This document shows positions 1 to 9,320 of a DNA stretch of 64,000 bases, piece after piece (the stretch's first letter is position 1; every line of letters starts with the position of its first letter). The notes beneath the pieces are model-generated. The model worked only from the letters and a program-made list of their open reading frames with translations, searched no databases and had not been told where the DNA came from. Source of the stretch: an uncultured Candidatus Saccharibacteria bacterium (GTDB lineage: Bacteria; Patescibacteriota; Minisyncoccia; Phycocordibacterales; Phycocordibacteraceae); assembly GCA_964469405.1 (NCBI GenBank), contig CAYXYP010000005.1, forward strand, positions 54 through 64,053. The letters are read 5' to 3'. A program made the position numbers and the translations under genes.

Positions 1-2386
1 CGATGGTTCCTGTTATCGCGCTTTGCTTGTTGTTGAAGGTTGTCCAATCAGCTGCTGAGAGAAGACCCGTGAGAGTGGCAGATGCGTTTTGGAAGAGTGA
101 TGACGTAGCGATGACGGTTGGAACACCTGCTGCCCCAGTGCCGTTTGCCCAGAGTGAGTTAGCAGCAATGGAAGCGAATGAGATGGATGAGTTGGTACCA
201 CCGATTTGATATCCGAGGGTGCCTGAACTGGTGAGGCCCGTGCCAACCGCGAGTGTTGAAGTCGCAACGGATGCAACAGTGTTCACCCCGGTTGCGTAGA
301 GGAGGTTAGCTCCAGCAGCGAGTGGTGATGATGTTGAAAGACCACCGAACGTGATGTTAGGTGTGGTACCGCCACTTGAAATGATTGGCCAAGTGCCGGT
401 GACCGAGGAGACACCACCGAGTCCAGCAGCTGAGAGACAGGAACCATTGATGGCGAAACAGCCGGTGCGGATGTTGAGTCCTGAGCCGAAGGTTGAAGTT
501 GCGGTCGTGCTGAGGTTGATGGTGTTTGCACCCGTGTCGCCAAGTGAGAGGAGTGAGCCAGGAGTAGTGGAGCCGATGCCGACAAAGCCGCTCGATGCAA
601 GGAAGAGTGACGACGTTGCGGTGATGGTGTTGACGCCGCTGAAGTATGGGAACTGACCGATGGTTCCTGAGTAGAGAGAGGAAGTGGCGACAGTGAAGGC
701 ACCTGATGCACCACCGACAAATGAACCAAGCGTGCCGGAGTATGCAAGGCCGAGGCCGAGAGTTGGTGTTGTGGTGGCAACGTTTGCAAATGTGTTAGCA
801 CCACTGAAGTATGGAATGTTGCCGATGACGGCTGCGGTTGATGTAGAGAGACCACCGAAAGTGAGGTTCGGGGTTGAACCGCCTGAAGAAATGATTGGCC
901 AGGTGCCGGTGACCGCTGTGACGCCGCCTGATGAAGTTGATGTGGCGATTATCTTACCTAAAGCATCTACGGCGAGAATTGTTCCTGTTGGTGTGCCAAG
1001 TTTAGGGAGATAGAGGTCGCCGAGAGTGCCCCCTGCTTCCGAGGCTCCTACAACTACATCACCGCCAATAGATAAAAGTTTATAAGGAGTCGTAGTGCCG
1101 ATACCAAGATTGGTTCCATCGAACGTTAAGTTCGAGCTATTGGCAAACCCTGAACCGTCAAAATACTCGACGCCACCGGCCACACCGCCAGTAGTAGTGC
1201 CCGTACCTCCATTTGCGATCGGGAGTGCTGAGCCACTATATGAGACAGCGAACGTACCCGCTGATGTGATAGGAGATCCTGAGATAGAAAGGAAAGCTGG
1301 AACCGACAGTCCAACCGAGCTCACTCCGGAACTACCGCCGCTAATAATAACGGCCCCGCCTCCAGTAGCAGAAATAATTGGGTGCTGTGGTGTCCCCGTA
1401 ATAGAAATGTTCGAACCAGCAGTAATTGAGTTCAGAATGTTTGATGCGAACACACGGCCAGACCCGACATTGATATCGGTATTATTAGTGTCGATACCTC
1501 CCAGTGTCTGCAGGCGGCCACTAAGCACCGAAGATCCCAGGACTCGCGATGCGCCATTGACCGTCACCGATCCTGCATTGATATCAGTATTGTTAGTTTC
1601 GATGCCTCCAAATGTCTGTAAGCGGCCACCGAGTATCGAAGACCCTGAGACTCGCAACGCGCCATTAACCGTAGCCGAAGTATTGATACTGAGAAGAGCC
1701 GTACTTAATGCGTTCTGCGTATTGTTGATTTTGTTTACGAAAGGCAAACCTGCGTTCGTTGTGCTCGTTGCGAGAACTAATTTTGAGCCCGTGCTCAAAG
1801 GCGAGGAAGTCGCAGTTGAGTTGACTAATAAGCCTGTTCGAACAAAGAGCGATGTGAATGCGGTCTTTACACCGTCGATAACAGACGTAGAAGCATTTAT
1901 AAAAACATTCGATGCATCCGAGAGAATACTTGCGGCACTTTGTGTTGATGCGCTCGCTAAAACCTGAGTAGGATTCAGAACAAACTGCGTTGCGCTACTA
2001 ATCGCACCAAAGTTCAATGAAACGCTGGAGATAACAACGAGGGCACCCAGAGTCGCCGCTATTCTGCCAAACGTTAAAAAAGACGTTCGAACATACACGC
2101 TCTGGCTAGAGCGTGTACCTTGATACTCTATCTTGCCATTTTTTGATAACTTCTCATTCCAATTTTTGTTTTTATTCTCCTGTTGATCAATAAACTTCTT
2201 GAGCGAAAGTTCATCCGCGTACCAAGAATTTCCAATTTTTTGTCCTTCAACTTTTCCAAAACGACAGAGTCTCGAAATATAGTCATTCGTATACCCTGTC
2301 CGTCGAGAAAGTTCCTTTGCGGAAATCAACTGATGATTCAAAATAATTTTGTTTTTCATGAGTGTCCGAAGAAACGAATTGCCCAT
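1..2386 (-). CDS. Giant surface protein (3'-partial): N-terminal excisionase-type HTH (HTH_17-like), one TM helix, then a >700-aa Gly/Thr/Ser-rich repetitive ectodomain
   Basis: My own translation in the minus frame whose codon first bases fall at positions = 1 mod 3. A TGA stop sits at 2395-2393 and the first ATG is at 2386 (alternative ATG at 2359). N-terminus reads MKNKIILNHQLISAKELSRRTGYTNDYISRLCRFGKVEGQKIGNSWYADELSL (HTH). A TM segment follows: LTFGRIAATLGALVVISSVSLNF. Long repeats follow, for example VTGTWPIISSGGSTPNLTFGGLSTS appearing twice. The frame was verified open at 2040-2386, 1021-1140 and 880-915. The ORF leaves the window at position 1, which is why the ORF track does not list it. 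Confidence 0.6.
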   Translation of the reverse strand, partial: MGNSFLRTLMKNKIILNHQLISAKELSRRTGYTNDYISRLCRFGKVEGQKIGNSWYADELSLKKFIDQQENKNKNWNEKLSKNGKIEYQGTRSSQSVYVRTSFLTFGRIAATLGALVVISSVSLNFGAISSATQFVLNPTQVLASASTQSAASILSDASNVFINASTSVIDGVKTAFTSLFVRTGLLVNSTATSSPLSTGSKLVLATSTTNAGLPFVNKINNTQNALSTALLSINTSATVNGALRVSGSSILGGRLQTFGGIETNNTDINAGSVTVNGASRVLGSSVLSGRLQTLGGIDTNNTDINVGSGRVFASNILNSITAGSNISITGTPQHPIISATGGGAVIISGGSSGVSSVGLSVPAFLSISGSPITSAGTFAVSYSGSALPIANGGTGTTTGGVAGGVEYFDGSGFANSSNLTFDGTNLGIGTTTPYKLLSIGGDVVVGASEAGGTLGDLYLPKLGTPTGTILAVDALGKIIATSTSSGGVTAVTGTWPIISSGGSTPNLTFGGLSTSTAAVIGNIPYFSGANTFANVATTTPTLGLGLAYSGTLGSFVGGASGAFTVATSSLYSGTIGQFPYFSGVNTITATSSLFLASSGFVGIGSTTPGSLLSLGDTGANTINLSTTATSTFGSGLNIRTGCFAINGSCLSAAGLGGVSSVTGTWPIISSGGTTPNITFGGLSTSSPLAAGANLLYATGVNTVASVATSTLAVGTGLTSSGTLGYQIGGTNSSISFASIAANSLWANGTGAAGVPTVIATSSLFQNASATLTGLLSAADWTTFNNKQSAITGTI
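385..915. repeat. Internal tandem repeat of ~503 bp inside the giant surface-protein gene
   Basis: The 28-mer gaaatgattggccaagtgccggtgaccg at 385-412 recurs with one mismatch at 888-915. On the minus strand both copies encode the GTWPIISSGG motif. Confidence 0.6.
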
Positions 2387-2395
2387 ATAATATCA

Positions 2396-2820
2396 GCACT
2401 TTCTTGTTCGTTTGAACAAAATAGAAATAATTTGTGGATAAGAATAAATCAACACATAATTTCATGTTGGATAGCAATAATTCCCATTTATTTTTTAGTA
2501 TATTTTTATGGCTTTTAAAGCATGTTAAGCATCGAATTCAAGTTGCTTCGTTACTTATTGGAGACTACAGAGGTATTTACTCGTAATTCGACCATTTATA
2601 TATATTTAATACTGGTTATTACCCTCTTTGACTGATTTAATTTATTTTGTGAATGATATTCTAATTTTTTATAATTGATTGTTAATAAGCCATATCTTGT
2701 CTCGTTTATCTCGTCTATCCGAGATAATTAATCCATTGCCTGGGCGATTTATTTATTGCTATTCCTTGATTCGTTTATCATTTATCCTGCTTTGCTGTTG
2801 AAATTGAGTTATTTAAGGGC
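2396..2820. promoter_or_regulatory. AT-rich non-coding region upstream of the giant surface-protein gene (probable promoter / 5' leader)
   Basis: About 30% GC against ~50% in flanking DNA. No ORF. Lies immediately 5' of the minus-strand start at 2386. Confidence 0.3.
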
Positions 2821-3130
2821 ACTATAGACGGCACGGACAAAGTTCTTAGAGCCGCTGCCCGCTACACACTCGACCGCTTGAATAGACCTTTTATTGATGG
2901 ACGCAGTTCTTCAAGAGGTGGTACCAGGTTTCTTAGTTTGGATTATTTAGTCTTTTGGGTTTCCTCAGTGCATATGTCACTCCTACACTCAAAGGTATGG
3001 ACGGTGGGTAATACATGGCATGCCTGTTGCAGAGCAGAGCAGAAGGAGTATTCAAAGCAAATCAAGAACAGGTTTGTCCAGATGGAACTGATCAACAGTT
3101 ACGAAAATTATCACGTCTCCTAATTTTATC
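2821..3130. other. Unassigned ~310-nt non-coding segment of normal GC; possible ncRNA or gene remnant
   Basis: No credible ORF. The 81-aa ORF at 2878..3123 is W/C-rich and unconvincing. I could not match tmRNA, RNase P, SRP or 6S signatures by eye. Confidence 0.15.
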
Positions 3131-3233
3131 TGCATCATCTATTTTTTAAATCTGCCTTCGTAGACGAAGTAACCATATTTCATGTGTCGCTTTAGCAACA
3201 AAAAAATATCTCATCTATCGAAATTACAAGAAA

Positions 3234-3497
3234 TTAGATATCGCTATATATCTCTACTTTATTATTTTTAACACTAAGTACGGCAGTCTTGTATATAAAT
3301 GTATGGTCTTCTTTCTTTTTTGCCCTTATGACGATTGGTTCATTTTTGATCATGGTTACAAAATTGGCATGTCCCGGAAGAATATCGAATTTACCCGCAC
3401 TATTTGCTGATGACACGCTGTGCGCGACCCCTTCCCAGATACGCTCCTCTGCATTACTAATCGTTACCGGAAACTCCTCTTCCTGCGATTGCTTCAT
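3234..3497 (-). CDS. atpC: F-type ATP synthase epsilon subunit
   Basis: 87 aa with the ILPGHANFVTMIKNEPIVI motif. It is the last gene after atpD, with a 4-nt overlap. Confidence 0.8.
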   Translation of the reverse strand: MKQSQEEEFPVTISNAEERIWEGVAHSVSSANSAGKFDILPGHANFVTMIKNEPIVIRAKKKEDHTFIYKTAVLSVKNNKVEIYSDI

Positions 3498-4903
3498 GCC
3501 AGTACGCTAGGCTTACCTACCTCAAGATCTTTTGTCGTTCCGATATACATAAATTTTTCAGGCGGAACTGCGTCGAACTTCCCTTCCAATATCGCCTCGA
3601 CATCAGATACCACATCTGCGCGACTCACACATACACCCGGAAGTCCCGTCTGCTCTTCAGCAGTGACGGTTAATTGCGTCATATAGTTTCTGAGTCGCAT
3701 CGCTCGCTCGTATATGAGCCGATCTTGCGCCGACAGCTCACTTTCTCCGATGACGGTAACGATGCGGGCGAGCCGTTCGTATTGCGTGAGCGCCCCTATG
3801 GCTGCGGTAACAGCCTTGAAATGCTGCTCGGTGATGAAGGTGCGGTCGAGCGCCAGTGATTTTGACTTGAGAATATCGATCGCCGGATAGCGACCTTCTT
3901 GACTCAAATCTCGTGAGAGCACCACAATGGCTTCGAAATATGGGGTGGCTGCAGCAACTGATGGATCGGTTAGCTCATCGGCAGGAACATACACAGTTTG
4001 TATCGAGGTAATAGAATTTTTATCAGTGCTCACCAGACGGTTTTCGAACTGAGCAATTTGTGTTTGAAGCGTTGACTGATAGCCGAACTCAGACGGAATT
4101 TCTTCAAGCAATGTTGAGAGTTCGTTTCCCGCCTGAACGAATCTGAATATATTGTCGACGAAAAACAAAACATTGGTCTTTTCTTCGTCGCGGAAATACT
4201 CCGCAAGTGTCACGGCTGCCGCACCTACCTTGAAACGGATTGCCGCATTTTCATTGATATGAGCAACGATGAGTGCCGACTTGGCAAGCTCGCCAGTCTT
4301 TTGTAGCAATTCCCAGAGTTCAAATCCTTCACGAATGCGTTCGCCGATACCGGTAAAAATCGTGACATTCTTATGATCCTTGTTGAGATTTCGAATCATC
4401 TCTGTCAGGAGCGCTGTTTTCCCGACACCTGCGCCTCCTACGAGCCCAAGTCGTCCGCCCTCGATAAGAGGAGCAAAGAAGTCGATAATCTTAATCCCGG
4501 TCTCAAGTAGTTTCCGCTCCTTTTTCGATTTCAGTGCTGCGGTGCGCGCGATTGGGTTAATGGGCCGAGAGTCGGTGTACTCAAGCATCTCGCCTCCATC
4601 AACGGGCAGTCCGTACAAATTAATAGCGCGTCCAAGTACACATTTCCCAATGGGGATGGAGAGCGTCGTGCCCTCGGACACGATACGCATATTCCGAGCC
4701 ACATCTTCTTTTGATGAAAGGAGAAGACAGTAGAGCAAGTCCCTGCTTGAATAGGAGTGGACCTCGAGCTGCACACCCTCCACCCCTTCTGCAGAAAGAA
4801 GCTCCAGAAGCGCAGGACGATACTCGCTCTCGCAGTGCACAAGGACTATTTGCCCTTGTACTCCGTAAACGCGCCCAACAAATTGTTTCGTTATTTTTTC
4901 CAT
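3494..4903 (-). CDS. atpD: F-type ATP synthase beta subunit
   Basis: 469 aa. Canonical P-loop GGAGVGKT and a DELTDPSVAAAT-like region. Confidence 0.95.
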   Translation of the reverse strand: MEKITKQFVGRVYGVQGQIVLVHCESEYRPALLELLSAEGVEGVQLEVHSYSSRDLLYCLLLSSKEDVARNMRIVSEGTTLSIPIGKCVLGRAINLYGLPVDGGEMLEYTDSRPINPIARTAALKSKKERKLLETGIKIIDFFAPLIEGGRLGLVGGAGVGKTALLTEMIRNLNKDHKNVTIFTGIGERIREGFELWELLQKTGELAKSALIVAHINENAAIRFKVGAAAVTLAEYFRDEEKTNVLFFVDNIFRFVQAGNELSTLLEEIPSEFGYQSTLQTQIAQFENRLVSTDKNSITSIQTVYVPADELTDPSVAAATPYFEAIVVLSRDLSQEGRYPAIDILKSKSLALDRTFITEQHFKAVTAAIGALTQYERLARIVTVIGESELSAQDRLIYERAMRLRNYMTQLTVTAEEQTGLPGVCVSRADVVSDVEAILEGKFDAVPPEKFMYIGTTKDLEVGKPSVLA

Positions 4904-5739
4904 TTTGAAATAGCAGAGAAAGATTCGAGTAAGCGAAGATCGTTGAAGTTTGCAGCCTTTCTACGAATCGCCCGGCGCAAACGAGCAATTTCGTCCTTTG
5001 AACGATCTTGAGCTTTGTTCATAGGAATCAACCGAGCTGCCGTGCGAGAGAGCTCTGACTCAAGCATGACTCGCTTGAAGAGCAGGTATCGGACTTTCGT
5101 TTCAAAGAAATTTAGAATCTTTGGGAGTTCCGGCTCGAAAATGTAATCGAATGCTGGTGTCACTTCATGCGCTGTCTCGGCATGCGGCGTATACGTAATA
5201 TCTTGCAAAACTACTTTTTGACTGAACACATTACGAAATGACGGGTAGAATATCTGCACTTGATTGTATGCAACCACACTCTTCAGGAATTGCCGCCTCT
5301 CTTCTCCGTTCGGTTCATCTTCTTTAAATGCGTAGTATGAGCAACGTTTCGCCAAATCAGGAATATTCCCCATAAGGGTCTTCCCTGTCCTGCCTATGAC
5401 AATGTAGTCGGACTTAACACCACTTTTCATATGCTCAGTAAAAGCCTCTATCACTTCTGCATTGACCGCTCCATAGAACCGTATATTCGACGTGAAGGCT
5501 ACCGTCACAGCTTGAGTCACGTCCACTGATTTTTGTGACAACTCGCCACGATCAAATGCCGTCTGTTTAATAGATTGATAGAGACTTGCGATGTCCTCAT
5601 AAAAAGCTTTATTCTTTTCGAAGGCGACACGCAATCGGCTTATTTTTTCGGCACTCACGTCAAACAGCGCCGAGGCGACGAATCCGATCGTCTCGAGATC
5701 ATTCAATTCATTCTGACGTGTTCCTAGGGCGCTTGACAT
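4891..5739 (-). CDS. atpG: F-type ATP synthase gamma subunit
   Basis: 282 aa between the alpha and beta genes. The C-terminal helix RTAARLIPMNKAQDRSKDEIARLRRAIRRKAA is typical of gamma. Confidence 0.8.
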   Translation of the reverse strand: MSSALGTRQNELNDLETIGFVASALFDVSAEKISRLRVAFEKNKAFYEDIASLYQSIKQTAFDRGELSQKSVDVTQAVTVAFTSNIRFYGAVNAEVIEAFTEHMKSGVKSDYIVIGRTGKTLMGNIPDLAKRCSYYAFKEDEPNGEERRQFLKSVVAYNQVQIFYPSFRNVFSQKVVLQDITYTPHAETAHEVTPAFDYIFEPELPKILNFFETKVRYLLFKRVMLESELSRTAARLIPMNKAQDRSKDEIARLRRAIRRKAANFNDLRLLESFSAISKWKK

Positions 5740-7193
5740 AATGTTTGTAGATGCGGCACGACACCTTCCAATTTCTTTTGGAACTGCTCGAACGATATGT
5801 TGCCGCGGCGAGCACTGCTCGCCACTGATTCAAGCTCGGTATCTTTTGAATTAGAAATAGCGGCAACGAGTCTATCTCGATTGTGCGAGACAAAAGCAAC
5901 ATCTTTCCCATCGAACATGGTAGTAAAGACCAGCGTCAGTAGCACAATCTGCACCTCGATGGACAAGGCAATTACTGGTTCTTGATCGAGAAGAACTCGC
6001 ACTGATTGTCCACGGGCAATAGTGCGTTGCGTCTGTTCTGAAAGCTGTGTTCCGAATTGACCATAACCTCGTTGGCGTTCGTATTGTGCGATGAGCGTAC
6101 TAATATTAATCGAAAGTTGTTTTGCAAGTATGCTCTGGGTACTGTGACCGATACGAGTCACCGACTGCTCAGGCGCCACGGCAGGGAAAACACCTTCCGC
6201 ATGGAAAAGTGGTGAGAAGAAAAGATGCCCGTCGGTCGCTGATACCAGATTGGTGGAGACTAGATTGGTAAGATCCTCAATGTCCGTTTCGAGCACTGGC
6301 AAGATGGTAATACTCCCGCCACCGATACTTTCATTAAAACGCCCCCCTCGCTCAAGCAAACGAGCCTGCTGATAAAACATGTCGCCTGGATACGATTCGC
6401 GACCCGGTACTTTCCCAGACAAGAGAGCGATCTCGCGGAAATATTTTGCATGACTTCCTAGATCGTCGAGCACCAGAAGCACGTCCTTCCCTTTTGAAGA
6501 AAAAGATTCTGCAAGCTCGAGCGCAACTATAGGTGTCAGATACACCATAGGAGCGGGGTCATCGGAAAATGAGACCAGTATAATGACATCATTGTTCCCT
6601 TGCTCACCGAGAAGGTTCCCCATCGCATCTTCGACATACGCGACCGGCCGTCCTATTAACGCATAGATGCAGACAACTCCAGATCCTTTCTGGTGGGAAA
6701 AAGCGCTTTCAATAAACTTCCTCTTCCCACTGGAAAGCGGACCAACGATGAGCTGTCGCTGACCTTTGGCAATAGGAATTAAAATATCAATCGCGGATAT
6801 ACCAGTCAAAAGAGGTGCGGTCATTGGTGCGCGAGCATTCATGTGGGGCGCATCGACCTCCATACGCAATAAGGTGTTATTGAGAGGGAAACTACCCAAG
6901 CCATCAAGTGGTTCCCCGAGGACGTTTATAGTGCGTCCGAAGAGGTGTTCCCCAAACGAGAACTGGATTCCCCTCGGATCTATAACAAACTGATCTCCGG
7001 CTCTCGGATTGCCCCGACCGAGCAGATACGCCTCGACACTATCCTCTCGGAATGCCGTGACGAGTGCCCGCTGCCCTTTTGCATTGATGATAACGGTATT
7101 CACCCGAGCCGACGGTAATCCCTCAAGCGTAAGAAGGTACCCCTTCGCCTTGATGACGAATCCAATTTCTCCTTCGATGATGCGCTTCTCCAT
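5724..7193 (-). CDS. atpA: F-type ATP synthase alpha subunit with an atypical Walker A
   Basis: 489 aa and alignable to alpha (GQRQLIVG...; VLETDIEDL...). The Walker A reads GPLSSGKR where GDRQTGKT is expected. Confidence 0.85.
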   Translation of the reverse strand: MEKRIIEGEIGFVIKAKGYLLTLEGLPSARVNTVIINAKGQRALVTAFREDSVEAYLLGRGNPRAGDQFVIDPRGIQFSFGEHLFGRTINVLGEPLDGLGSFPLNNTLLRMEVDAPHMNARAPMTAPLLTGISAIDILIPIAKGQRQLIVGPLSSGKRKFIESAFSHQKGSGVVCIYALIGRPVAYVEDAMGNLLGEQGNNDVIILVSFSDDPAPMVYLTPIVALELAESFSSKGKDVLLVLDDLGSHAKYFREIALLSGKVPGRESYPGDMFYQQARLLERGGRFNESIGGGSITILPVLETDIEDLTNLVSTNLVSATDGHLFFSPLFHAEGVFPAVAPEQSVTRIGHSTQSILAKQLSINISTLIAQYERQRGYGQFGTQLSEQTQRTIARGQSVRVLLDQEPVIALSIEVQIVLLTLVFTTMFDGKDVAFVSHNRDRLVAAISNSKDTELESVASSARRGNISFEQFQKKLEGVVPHLQTLCQAP

Positions 7194-7196
7194 ACG

Positions 7197-7721
7197 TTAG
7201 GGTTTCGGCATGCTTTGAGTAAACCTATCGTATAAAGCGATCTGATTTTTAATAAGATAGTGGTTGAAGCTGAAGTCGCGAAGCATATTGTTCCACACCA
7301 ACCGACAACCGACCGCGATTGATGGATCGACGTCGAAGTCAATGAGAATATCGGGGCTAACTTCCTGATGTGCCCACGTACCAATAGCCTCTACGTCTGC
7401 ACGAGAAAGTGCGACCGGGACCGTCAGTGACAGAGTTTTCAGTTTTTTTGATTCCTCCGTGAGCTGATTGAGCATTTCGTACAAAGATTCTTTTGTGAAA
7501 GATTCGAGGAACGATGGAGGCAACGAGCGCAGGAAAACGACATCGCCGAGTGGTTTTTTATTTAATGCGACAAATTGATCTATCCCTTCTTTACTCGCGG
7601 ATGCATCACGTTTCGTGAAGAAAATAAATTCAAAAAATTCCCTCATGAGACTTATGTCGTGCGCGAAGTCCGCCCGAGTATAGGTGTGTTCCATAAAAGT
7701 CTTCAGGGACGGATTTGTCAT
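7197..7721 (-). CDS. atpH: F-type ATP synthase delta (OSCP) subunit
   Basis: 174 aa. Position between the b and alpha genes and the expected size. Confidence 0.7.
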   Translation of the reverse strand: MTNPSLKTFMEHTYTRADFAHDISLMREFFEFIFFTKRDASASKEGIDQFVALNKKPLGDVVFLRSLPPSFLESFTKESLYEMLNQLTEESKKLKTLSLTVPVALSRADVEAIGTWAHQEVSPDILIDFDVDPSIAVGCRLVWNNMLRDFSFNHYLIKNQIALYDRFTQSMPKP

Positions 7722-8422
7722 GATGGTGTCCCGAACACTCCCTCTCGCTTCGCTTCTGCGAGTGCTGCGAGGATAATGCCGCGATGATCGTCAAGCGAAA
7801 GTGATTTGTTTAACGCAATACGTGCAGTATCCTCAACAAGTCCGACAATTTCCTTATTAAGAATTACGAAACGTTGTTGTTTGTAGACGGTAACGGCCTG
7901 TCGGGCAAGGTCGATTTCTTTCGATAGCTCGTCAGACATGCGTTTTTTAATTTCTTCCATTAACCCCTGGTACTCTTTTTGAGCCTGCATGCTGACACCG
8001 GAGAACATTTTTTTAATACTCTCTGATTCGTCTTGTAACGCTTTTTCGGCAAACTGAACCTGTTTGATCAAAAGATCTTTTGTGTGCTGAGCGATTTCCT
8101 CTAAATGTTCGGCTTGTACGACGCGAAATTTCTCATCTTCTTCTATACGGTCCGTAAATATTTTCCCCGCTTCCATTTGCGCGTGCATTCTAATAGCAAT
8201 CCCCTGCTCTCGAGCATCGACAAGAATATGATCCGCCTTCTCTTGCACCGCCTTCACTGTGGAGTTAGATGCGGAAGAGGTCGCGAGGTAGCGTATTCGG
8301 GTCCCAAACTGAATGACTACCGCAATCAGCACCAAGAGCATCAGAATCACGAGCACCAAGAGCAGCATGGGGAGCAACGGATCGGAAAGAATGTCGGACC
8401 ATAACGATAAGATGATATTCAT
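7718..8422 (-). CDS. atpF: F-type ATP synthase b subunit (long form)
   Basis: 234 aa. N-terminal TM helix (LLPMLLLVLVILMLLVLIAVVI) followed by a long charged coiled coil. Sits upstream of the delta gene. Confidence 0.65.
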   Translation of the reverse strand: MNIILSLWSDILSDPLLPMLLLVLVILMLLVLIAVVIQFGTRIRYLATSSASNSTVKAVQEKADHILVDAREQGIAIRMHAQMEAGKIFTDRIEEDEKFRVVQAEHLEEIAQHTKDLLIKQVQFAEKALQDESESIKKMFSGVSMQAQKEYQGLMEEIKKRMSDELSKEIDLARQAVTVYKQQRFVILNKEIVGLVEDTARIALNKSLSLDDHRGIILAALAEAKREGVFGTPS

Positions 8423-8442
8423 GTGATGTATTTTAAATATCG

Positions 8443-9318
8443 TTATAGCTGTACAAACAGAATCATCAGTCCGATAAACAATCCCGCTACACTGACGAGA
8501 ACAATCAGTACTGTATTTAACATTACCATGGACTGAATAGAGGCCTTGGCGAGCGGATTGCGTCCTACGGAAATAATACTGTCTCTCATGTTCGAACCGA
8601 AATTCCTAAACGCGACGTAGACAGAGCCCACTACGACAATGGTAGCAAGTAAATATTTGATTAACGTAGCGAGCGACGTGGATACACCGAACATGTCTAG
8701 ACTTGAAGTTTGCTCATTTTCCCCGGCAGCATTGACAGCGATCAACTCTCCATCTCCGCCACTATCCAATAATTTTGGGCCGATAGCGAGCAATACGCGG
8801 ATAGAACCCCCATCCACCGTCGTGGTACTCACGACACTCGGCGTAGCATTCGATAAAGCGGGGAAGGAATCAAGAGCAATACCAAGAACAACTGATGTTG
8901 AAGGGCCAGCTTTCTGACCTTTGCCGGGGATGGATGATGATGTGATATAGTCTCCGGCACTAATTGGACCATTCGCCGTTGTCACTTGCACATACACCTC
9001 CCCTGAACTGACGAGCGGAACGCTCTCCGTACTCGTACGGAGCAAAATTGCCGGATTAGTCACTACAACCCCGAACAAGTTCGAGTCGCTAATTACTTGC
9101 GCCAGACGAAATGTCTGCGTAGACCGGTCAAACGACACGAGATCCCCAGACTCTGCTACACCTCCCGTAATAAGTTGGGTTCGAGCGATGGAAGTCTCCC
9201 CGAATTGCGCATATGCTTCAGAAGGGAGGGTAAATACAGCGAGATTCAGTAGAAACATCATTGATCCTGCTATACCAACAATGAGCGTTCGGCGAGGATA
9301 ATTCGAAATAACGCCCAT
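8443..9318 (-). CDS. Hypothetical membrane protein: N-terminal signal/TM, ~180-aa S/T/G-rich extracytoplasmic region, C-terminal two-helix hairpin
   Basis: 291 aa. The C-terminus VGRNPLAKASIQSMVMLNTVLIVLVSVAGLFIGL superficially resembles a c-subunit loop plus helix 2. It has no membrane-embedded carboxylate and no Gly-rich helix 1. It occupies the slot where the a and c subunits normally sit. Confidence 0.45.
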   Translation of the reverse strand: MGVISNYPRRTLIVGIAGSMMFLLNLAVFTLPSEAYAQFGETSIARTQLITGGVAESGDLVSFDRSTQTFRLAQVISDSNLFGVVVTNPAILLRTSTESVPLVSSGEVYVQVTTANGPISAGDYITSSSIPGKGQKAGPSTSVVLGIALDSFPALSNATPSVVSTTTVDGGSIRVLLAIGPKLLDSGGDGELIAVNAAGENEQTSSLDMFGVSTSLATLIKYLLATIVVVGSVYVAFRNFGSNMRDSIISVGRNPLAKASIQSMVMLNTVLIVLVSVAGLFIGLMILFVQL

Positions 9319-9320
9319 AT

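Noticed and set aside
3-1967. Plus-strand ORFs 3..209, 351..656, 684..1013 and 1095..1967, and the minus ORFs 13..276, 283..855 and 1126..1314, over the first 2 kb
   Set aside because: Their translations are low-complexity and Pro/Ser/His-rich with no domain character. All are antisense or off-frame to the long minus-strand repeat-protein frame, which translates cleanly.
2821-3130. tmRNA, RNase P RNA or SRP RNA in the non-coding segment
   Set aside because: No GGGG...CCA acceptor or tag-peptide (ALAA) reading frame. No GGAAAGUCCGGGC P4 sequence. No SRP domain IV motif on either strand. Left as an unassigned region.
8443-9318. Possibility that the 291-aa protein is an ATP synthase c subunit fused to an extra domain
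   Set aside because: The C-terminal hairpin has an R-N-P loop but lacks the essential Asp/Glu in helix 2 and the Gly-rich helix 1 packing motif. Kept only as a question in the findings.
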